Below, piece by piece: positions 26,927 to 32,536 of a stretch of 32,536 nt of DNA. The notes beneath the pieces were generated by a model. That model was not told the origin of the DNA, did no database searches, and worked only from the letters and a program-made list of their open reading frames with translations. Position 1 is the first letter of the stretch. Each line of letters begins with the position of its first letter. A program made the position numbers and the translations under genes. This DNA is from Candidatus Woesearchaeota archaeon (lineage in GTDB: Archaea > Nanobdellota > Nanobdellia > Pacearchaeales > GW2011-AR1). The DNA lies in contig CAYQLQ010000003.1 of NCBI GenBank assembly GCA_964418495.1, positions 1 to 32,536 of the forward strand. The letters are read 5' to 3'.

Positions 26927-28021
26927 TTAATCTATTTTTCTTATTACTTGTTTATTGAAATCTGGGGCTTTTAAGTCATTTAATTCAACTTCCCTCTCTT
27001 TTAGTAGTTCTTCATTTGATTTTAAAAATTCTTCTAGAACAATGAGGTAGTTTGACTCCAATTCGTTTTTTTCACTTAACTTTTTCATTGCTAAAAAAAC
27101 ATCTAAGCAAGTTCTGTTAAACAAATCTCCTTTAGAAAACCGCTCTATAGTTTGCATAGACCAATAATCTACGTTTCCCTTAAATAAGAAATAATCAAAA
27201 CAAAAATTAAGAAATGAGTCCATCATATTACTCTCTTCTTCAAAAACATTGTATTTGAAATATTCTAAACCCAACCCCAAATTCACACTTCCGATCATTC
27301 GGGCTATACAAGCATAACATCTGCCACAATTTATCCCCCATCTTCCACTTATGCACGAATGGGTTACTGCAAGAATGGAGTCGTTAGCTAGGTGTTTCAT
27401 CATCTCAGTTTTAGTGAAGTCTTCAAAGGGGGTAATGATTTCTATTTCCCTATCAAGAATTATCTCCCCAATATTTTTAGCATAACTTAGCACATAAGGA
27501 TTGGTGGTGTATGTAATTGTATCCATTGGTGCAAATTTTGGCTGATACATTGTTGATCCACATTCAGAAATTATAATTCTCTTAGATTTACAGAAATATC
27601 CTAATATTGTCGCATAAAGCACATAAAGAAAGCCTCTTAGTTGAGAGTATCCTTTACCCATTGCGGGAGCAATCATTTTGATAACTGCAATCTCTAAAGG
27701 ATTTAATAATTTTTCTGTCAAATCGTTCACTTTTTTTGTGATTTTTCCCAAGTCGCCATGAGAAACATAGAGCCCTAAAATTGAATCATAATTTTCAGCT
27801 GATTTAAGAATACCCATTGTGCTATCTATCCCTCCAGAAAAAAGGCAAATAGTTTCATAAGCTTCAAAACCAAAGTTTAGTCTAGTTTTCTTTCCTATTT
27901 TCTTAACAAATTTGAAACTAATTTTTTCACATAAAACATCTAAAACCAACTTTTCTAAAAAGAAAGTTATATTCTGGATCTTTTCTTCATTTAAATCCAT
28001 AAAATAAGAGATTTCAACCAT
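26927..28021 (-). CDS. QueC-like PP-loop ATPase with extra N- and C-terminal regions
   Basis: PP-loop FSGGIDST. LRGFLYVLYATILGYF...IIISECG. Exact QueC zinc motif C-x8-C-x2-C-x2-C (SCISGRWGINCGRCYAC). It is 364 aa against about 220-230 for canonical QueC (alternative start at 28000). Confidence 0.7.
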   Translation of the reverse strand: MVEISYFMDLNEEKIQNITFFLEKLVLDVLCEKISFKFVKKIGKKTRLNFGFEAYETICLFSGGIDSTMGILKSAENYDSILGLYVSHGDLGKITKKVNDLTEKLLNPLEIAVIKMIAPAMGKGYSQLRGFLYVLYATILGYFCKSKRIIISECGSTMYQPKFAPMDTITYTTNPYVLSYAKNIGEIILDREIEIITPFEDFTKTEMMKHLANDSILAVTHSCISGRWGINCGRCYACIARMIGSVNLGLGLEYFKYNVFEEESNMMDSFLNFCFDYFLFKGNVDYWSMQTIERFSKGDLFNRTCLDVFLAMKKLSEKNELESNYLIVLEEFLKSNEELLKEREVELNDLKAPDFNKQVIRKID

Positions 28022-28137
28022 TTCACAACGGACATCTTAAGGCGGTCAATTTACTAAAAGAAATTTCGGAGAAAGTTTTAATTTGTCTTGGAAGCCCAAG
28101 ATCTTCCTTAGCTTTTACACTGGAAGAAAGAAAACAA

Positions 28138-28449
28138 ATGGTCTTTGAAAATACACACATAGAACCGATCATAGTACAGGATTTAGATAGCAATCATCCA
28201 CTTTATGAAGATTGGGGAAGATATGTTTTAGATATTACTGGCCAAATATCGCTTCTAGCAACAAGAAATGATACGGTAAGGGGAGATTTTATTAGACATG
28301 GTATTCCCATTTTGTGGCTACCTAGATATGAAAACATTAAAGGGAGTTCAATCAGAGACAAAATTACTACTGGAGATGAGCTCTGGAAAGAATTAGTCTC
28401 GGCAGAAACTTTAAAAATAATTGAAAACTCTAATTTCTATAAAAAATGA
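28138..28449 (+). CDS. NMN adenylyltransferase-like nucleotidyltransferase, C-terminal part; homology continues upstream to 28003 without a start codon
   Basis: GSSIRDKITTGDELWKELVSAETLKIIENS resembles the archaeal NMNAT SxTxxR region. Upstream, in frame, is NKRFQPFHNGHLKAVNLL (the HxGH motif), with no ATG/GTG/TTG between the stop at 28000..28002 and 28138. Confidence 0.6.
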   Translation: MVFENTHIEPIIVQDLDSNHPLYEDWGRYVLDITGQISLLATRNDTVRGDFIRHGIPILWLPRYENIKGSSIRDKITTGDELWKELVSAETLKIIENSNFYKK

Positions 28450-28904
28450 AACAAAAAATTCTAACATTTATTTATAGTAAGAAAAACAACAAATTCCTCG
28501 CACTAAGAAATAACCCCCATCCAGACCATGGAGGAGATTTCTGGTTCGTCGTAACTGGTGGACTTGAGGGAGAAGAAACACATAAAGAAGCAGCCAGAAG
28601 AGAAGTAAAAGAAGAAACGAATTTAGATATGATAGAGATATTAAATTTAAATTGGAGCTCAATCTACGAGTGGAATAATGAATTATGTAGAGAAATAAAT
28701 TTCCTGGGATTTGCAGAAGATCCTGAAGATATAAGATTAGATCAAGAGGAAGTCATCGAACATAAATGGCTCAATTTGGACGAATTTATAAATTTGATTA
28801 ACTGGCAAGACGATAAGGGAATCTTAAAAAAGGTTTTAGAAAAGGCGATAAAAAATAGGCTGCATTTTCAAGAAGACAATATTATTGATTATAGGAGAAA
28901 ATAG
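28446..28904 (+). CDS. Nudix hydrolase
   Basis: Nudix box GGLEGEETHKEAARREVKEETNL. An ATGA overlap links it to the upstream gene. Confidence 0.85.
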   Translation: MKQKILTFIYSKKNNKFLALRNNPHPDHGGDFWFVVTGGLEGEETHKEAARREVKEETNLDMIEILNLNWSSIYEWNNELCREINFLGFAEDPEDIRLDQEEVIEHKWLNLDEFINLINWQDDKGILKKVLEKAIKNRLHFQEDNIIDYRRK

Positions 28905-29009
28905 AAGGTTTAAACTATTCGAGGCTTCTGCACCCGTTAAGTAGTCGCTCCATTTTAAAAAGCTTAAAGATTTTAAAGAATTAAGAGCGTTACGGGTATT
29001 AGTGTCCTT

Positions 29010-29023
29010 ACGGCGTGGGCGTA
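29010..29023 (+). repeat. att core copy 2 (attR of unit 1 / attL of unit 2)
   Basis: CGGCGTGGGCGTAT is identical to 25675..25688. Confidence 0.7.
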
Positions 29024-29177
29024 TTTTTTATCGACGGTAAAAATTCTTAGGAAATTTGGGAGTCGAAAAGCCCACTAATTTGGACAAAAAGTTCCACGCT
29101 CTGACCGAAATCTGGATAAAATGTTTAAAAGGGGGGACACGAAATTTTATAAATCCCTCTCTATTGTTATTTATATA

Positions 29178-30380
29178 ATGAGCAAAAAAATACTTTTAAT
29201 TTCCCTATTAATTATCTTGTTATTTGGAAGTATTATTACTTATGCTGTCGTAAATAAAGTTGTTTTCTATAGGGAAAAACAAGAGCCTTCAGATAATTTA
29301 GCTGATTACTATATCCAAAAAGCAAGACTAAATAGTAATTTTGGATTTTATCAAGAAGCTATAGAAAATTATGAGTTCGCTGAAAATCAAGAAGGATTTG
29401 AATCTTATTCTAAAATTGTACAACAAGAAAAAACTAATGTTAATCTAAGTTTGCAAAACAATGTTTCAGCTAAATTAGATGATTTAAAAGTTTATTATGA
29501 AGACATGGGAGATATAGAATTTAGCATAGGAAACTATGAGGAAGCTATAACAAATTATCAAGAAGCATTAAACTATGTTAAATTTGAGGAGGATAAAAAC
29601 AGAATTAATCTTAGAATATCAAAAAGTTATGACTTAGAAGAAAATTATGAAAAAAGTGCAGAAAATTATATATTGATGATAAATAATGCAGAAGAAGCTT
29701 GGTTAAGATATCGGCTTGCTAGAGAATTTTGGGAAGTTGTGCAGGAAGATAATAAAGTTAATGAGAATTTAGAAAAATTTGAAAAACAATTAGCTGAAAA
29801 TCAAGAAGATAAAACTGCTATGAATCTCCTTTTGTTTTATTATAATGTTATGGATTTTAATGAAAACCAAGCAACTAGTTTATGTAACCAACTTTTGGTC
29901 TATGATCCTGAAGATAAAGTCTTATTATATACTTTAGCAGAGATTTATAATAAAGGAGGAAAATATGACAAAGCTAAAGATGTTTATTTAAAATTAATCC
30001 AAATTGATCCTGAAGATAGCGAGAACTATTATTCTCATTTAGTTGATAATTATTATTTGTCAGGAAACTATGAAGAGGCTATAACATGGCAGAAAGATTT
30101 GATTTCAAACCTAGGAGAAAAAGAAAATTATTATTTTAAGTTAGCTGCAATATATAAAGAATCTGGAAATTATCCCATGGCAGAAGAAACATTTGAAAAT
30201 ATGTACTCTCTTGCATTAACTTCTTATAAAAAATATCAGGCTAAACAAAATATTGCAGAAATGTATGTTGAAATTGGAGATAAAGAGAAGGCAATAAAGA
30301 TATATCAAGATTTAGCTGAAAATTCTGAATCACAGGAATTAAGAGCGATTGCTTCTTCAAGAATAAGAGAAATTGATTAA
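29178..30380 (+). CDS. Membrane-anchored TPR-repeat protein
   Basis: The ATG at 29178 lies 24 nt after TTTATAAA (29146..29153), so the track start at 29121 is unlikely. It has an N-terminal TM helix and repeated xGNYEEAIxxYxxAL TPR units. Confidence 0.75.
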   Translation: MSKKILLISLLIILLFGSIITYAVVNKVVFYREKQEPSDNLADYYIQKARLNSNFGFYQEAIENYEFAENQEGFESYSKIVQQEKTNVNLSLQNNVSAKLDDLKVYYEDMGDIEFSIGNYEEAITNYQEALNYVKFEEDKNRINLRISKSYDLEENYEKSAENYILMINNAEEAWLRYRLAREFWEVVQEDNKVNENLEKFEKQLAENQEDKTAMNLLLFYYNVMDFNENQATSLCNQLLVYDPEDKVLLYTLAEIYNKGGKYDKAKDVYLKLIQIDPEDSENYYSHLVDNYYLSGNYEEAITWQKDLISNLGEKENYYFKLAAIYKESGNYPMAEETFENMYSLALTSYKKYQAKQNIAEMYVEIGDKEKAIKIYQDLAENSESQELRAIASSRIREID

Positions 30381-30402
30381 CTTCTATTCTCGAGAATAAA
30401 GC

Positions 30403-30412
30403 ATTTATAAAT
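30403..30412 (+). promoter_or_regulatory. TATA box ATTTATAAAT with ATGGAAA 26 nt downstream
   Basis: Same promoter style as elsewhere in the window. A 42-codon ORF (30439..30567) follows. Confidence 0.35.
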
Positions 30413-30500
30413 CTGTTAAAAGATAGGTTTAAACAATTATGGAAACAAGCAAAAAAATAATTTATAGATACGGGATTTTCTGTCACCCATTTGTAGTCGA

Positions 30501-30513
30501 CAAGATTTATAAA
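30501..30513 (+). promoter_or_regulatory. Promoter CAAGATTTATAAA directed across att core copy 3
   Basis: It matches the 24471/24938 promoter core. The ATG at 30539 lies 25 nt downstream. Confidence 0.45.
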
Positions 30514-30604
30514 TCATTTCCATCACAAGACAACAACGATGGAAAAAACAATAAAATTAAAGAATAAGGCGATTCCCATTGATTGTGCCACGATGGGTTA
30601 TTGT

Positions 30605-30617
30605 TCGGCGTGGGCGT
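30605..30617 (+). repeat. att core copy 3
   Basis: TCGGCGTGGGCGT is identical to 25674..25686. Confidence 0.65.
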
Positions 30618-30800
30618 TGAAGGAAACCAAGATTTCCTCTCACACTCCTTCCTTCCTGTTCAGATGTGCAATTTCTAACCGCTCGAGCCCACACTCGCTT
30701 TCGGTTTGTGATGCGAGGCTTGTGTAAACTCTCGACCTCCAGTGAAATCGCGTGCGGAAAGTGGGTGTTTTTTCTATGTTTTATAACCAAAAACCTTAAA

Positions 30801-30829
30801 TATGGTAAAAATACCATAATACTATGGTA
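30801..30829. promoter_or_regulatory. Candidate operator: TATGGTA-aaaa-TACCATA palindrome plus a third TATGGTA half-site over the start codon
   Basis: The perfect 7-bp inverted arms are at 30801..30818. The direct copy at 30823..30829 contains the ATG at 30824. Confidence 0.5.
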
Positions 30830-31441
30830 AAACACAAGAAAGATAAATCCGCACTAAAACCCAAGGAAAAGCTGATAAAAAATCTAATTGAAGATAAAGA
30901 GCCACGCTCAATTTTATCTCTTTCAAGTTCAGCAGTTGTAGATTACAAAAACACATATAATTTAGTTAATCAACTTCAGGCAAGCGGAGCAATAGTGAAA
31001 GAAGTTACAGGCAATACTAATTTTATAAAATTGAACCTTTCTCCAAATCAGGAAATTTATTCTGTTGAAAACAAAAGAACCAAAGAGTTTTTATCTAAAA
31101 ATCCAAAACTAAAATTAATTCAGGAGGATATTGAAGAAATCGGATATCCTTTTACAATTGTTCTGATATTCGGCTCCTATGTAAAAAAAACCAATATTTC
31201 CTCCTCAGATATGGATCTCTGCATAATTTCTGATAATAAAGAAAAAACAAAAAAGTTGATTCAATTATTAAACCGAAGTTCTTTAAAACTTGAAATTCAA
31301 GAATTCACAACCGATGAATTTATCTCTATGATAGAAAAAACACAAAATAACCTTGGGCACGAAATAGTTAAAAACAATATTCTTCTTTACGGAATAGAAA
31401 ACTATTACAATCTTATTTCAAAATGGATGAAAAAAGAATAA
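30824..31441 (+). CDS. wHTH plus minimal nucleotidyltransferase (MNT-type antitoxin)
   Basis: IVLIFGSYVKKTNISSSDMDLCIIS is the GS-x(n)-D-x-D Pol-beta NTase motif. The N-terminal approximately 90 aa look like a wHTH. The gene overlaps the HEPN gene by 19 nt. Confidence 0.8.
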   Translation: MVKHKKDKSALKPKEKLIKNLIEDKEPRSILSLSSSAVVDYKNTYNLVNQLQASGAIVKEVTGNTNFIKLNLSPNQEIYSVENKRTKEFLSKNPKLKLIQEDIEEIGYPFTIVLIFGSYVKKTNISSSDMDLCIISDNKEKTKKLIQLLNRSSLKLEIQEFTTDEFISMIEKTQNNLGHEIVKNNILLYGIENYYNLISKWMKKE

Positions 31442-31776
31442 AACAGGCAGAAAGTAATTTTAGAAATTATCTGAACGATGGCAAAATAAAAAAGACCAAG
31501 AAAGTTGACAAGATTATTTATGAAACCTATTTGAGAAATGCCAAAGAAAGATTGAATGTAGCGAATCAACTATTTGAAAACAAAACGTCCTCTCTATGGG
31601 TCGTTGTATCAAGTTATTATTCTATGTTTTACATAGCATGTGCATATCTCTATAAATTGGGTTACAAACCTGGAAGCGAGATTGTTCATCAAGTTGTGAA
31701 TATTAGTTCTATAAATTCTTTTGCTCTGCTCAATGAAGTCCTGGCCTTGTTTTCTTTTATTTCTTCTGTGGTTTGA
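31423..31776 (+). CDS. HEPN-domain protein gene, 3' half displaced by an inversion (as written it is truncated after residue 94 plus a 23-aa tail)
   Basis: The N-terminal half reads ...SSYYSMFYIACAYLYKLGYKPGSEIVHQVVNI. The remainder is found on the opposite strand at 31928..31705. Confidence 0.7.
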   Translation: MDEKRIKQAESNFRNYLNDGKIKKTKKVDKIIYETYLRNAKERLNVANQLFENKTSSLWVVVSSYYSMFYIACAYLYKLGYKPGSEIVHQVVNISSINSFALLNEVLALFSFISSVV

Positions 31777-31928
31777 TACTGAAAGCTTGCTCTTTTTGCT
31801 TTTTCTCTTTCATAATCTTCTAAATAATTATCAACAATTATTAATGCTTTTTCTTTTTCTTCATTGTAGTTTTCTAAAAGATGATTTTTGATTTTATTTC
31901 TTCCCTGAACAATTAAAGACTCAAGGGA
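31705..31928 (-). other. Inverted 224-bp segment encoding the HEPN C-terminal half
   Basis: Flanked by AATATT at 31699..31704 and 31929..31934. The minus-strand reading is SLESLIVQGRNKIKNHLLENYNEEKEKALIIVDNYLEDYEREKAKRASFQYQTTEEIKENKARTSLSRAKEFIEL, which contains no Met. Confidence 0.7.
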
Positions 31929-32066
31929 AATATTACAAAATGAAACTAACTGAATCTGAACTTGAAGAACACGCTGGGAGCGAGTGTTCGGGGTGTTGGC
32001 GGGTGTTAGGACGTGGACGTTTGGGGATATAGAAAGAATTAAAATACTAAGATTTCTTAAGATAAT

Positions 32067-32536
32067 ATGGCAACCTATTCGCATTCGCGAGTCTCGACTT
32101 ATGAAAATTGTCCTTATCAATATAAATTAAGATATATAGACAGGGTTCAGGTTGATGTTCCGACGACGATTGAGGCGTTTATGGGGGATATGGTGCATCA
32201 GACATTGGAGCACTTGTATAAATTAAAGGCGTTTAAGAAACGGGTAGCGCTGAATGTTTTGGTTAAATTTTATAGGGATTTGTGGGAGAAGAGTTATTCT
32301 GCGGATATTCTGATTGTTAAGGCTGAGAAGGAGAATGTAACTGCGAATAATTATAAGAAAATGGGGGAGAACTTTATTACTCATTATTATGAACGGATGA
32401 AACCTTTTGACCAGTTGACTATTTTGGGATTGGAGACGCAGGATAGAATGACTCTGCCTGATGGGAATCAATGGCATGTCCGGATAGATAAACTTGCTTG
32501 CGATGATGAAGGGAATTATTATGTTTGTGATTACAA
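32067..32536 (+). CDS. Second Cas4-like PD-(D/E)XK nuclease, 3'-truncated by the window end (absent from the ORF track)
   Basis: ATG at 32067, open to the window end. MATYSHSRVSTYENCPYQYKLRYIDRV...TTIEAFMGDMVHQTLEHLY ... VRIDKLACDDEGNYYVCDY parallels the protein of 7848..8624. Confidence 0.8.
   Translation, partial: MATYSHSRVSTYENCPYQYKLRYIDRVQVDVPTTIEAFMGDMVHQTLEHLYKLKAFKKRVALNVLVKFYRDLWEKSYSADILIVKAEKENVTANNYKKMGENFITHYYERMKPFDQLTILGLETQDRMTLPDGNQWHVRIDKLACDDEGNYYVCDY

Larger units (their letters stand above)
25675..29023. mobile_element. Integrated element, unit 1 (integrase, QueC-like, NMNAT-like, Nudix) at tRNA-Asp
   Basis: It is bounded by 14-nt direct repeats of the tRNA 3' end, with an integrase gene adjacent to attL. 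Confidence 0.65.
29010..30617. mobile_element. Integrase-less unit 2 (TPR protein) between att core copies
   Basis: Bounded by att core copies 2 and 3. It may be a remnant of an earlier integration or part of one larger element. Confidence 0.45.

Noticed and set aside
25674-30617. Interpreting the integrase plus repeated sites as an integron with attC-bounded cassettes
   Set aside because: The repeated word is identical to the tRNA 3' end, lacks the GTTRRRY core and lacks the imperfect-palindrome structure of attC. The integrase is also co-oriented with and adjacent to the tRNA. tRNA-targeted integrative elements fit better.
30539-30835. ORFs 30539..30727 (+) and 30557..30835 (-) as ordinary protein genes
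   Set aside because: The translations past the att core are Ser/Cys/Arg-rich with no domain character, and the region folds into G+C-rich hairpins ending in a T-run. Only the first 26 codons of the + ORF are kept as possibly meaningful (see the att-spanning ORF finding).
31689-32120. 143-aa minus-strand ORF taken as an independent gene
   Set aside because: Its N-terminal 60 or so residues are low-complexity and antisense to the start of the nuclease gene at 32067. Only the part at 31705..31928 looks protein-like, and it completes the + strand HEPN gene when inverted.

Overview
The window looks like a compact, A/T-rich archaeal genome of DPANN-like style. Evidence: aIF2-gamma, S6e and aIF5B genes, an archaeal-type ThyA, a Dph2 fragment, TATA-box promoters set 21-26 nt from start codons (leaderless mRNAs), and convergent genes with no spacer. 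From 1 to about 25.3 kb it is mostly housekeeping. This part holds a dockerin-like/cohesin surface pair and a gyrB-HD-Zn ribbon-gyrA operon. It also holds a small accessory islet (RelE/ParE-like pair and PD-(D/E)XK nucleases), MscS, aIF2g-S6e-aIF5B, a truncated dph2 remnant, a CcdA plus VKOR-type thioredoxin module, a PC4-like protein, thyA-tmk, S10, a Kef-type antiporter and SerRS. At 25614..25685 lies tRNA-Asp(GUC). Its 3' end recurs as 13-14 nt direct repeats at 29010 and 30605. The first copy is followed by a tyrosine integrase, so these look like tandem integrated elements. Their cargo is an enlarged QueC-like PP-loop enzyme, a start-less NMNAT-like gene coupled to a Nudix gene, and a TPR protein. 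After the 30605 repeat come a wHTH-MNT/HEPN toxin-antitoxin pair and a second Cas4-like nuclease cut off by the window end. The strongest single observation is that the 3' half of the HEPN gene (31705..31928) lies inverted between two AATATT hexamers. Flipping it in silico restores one in-frame 176-aa ORF. All functional calls rest on motif recognition by eye; no searches were run.
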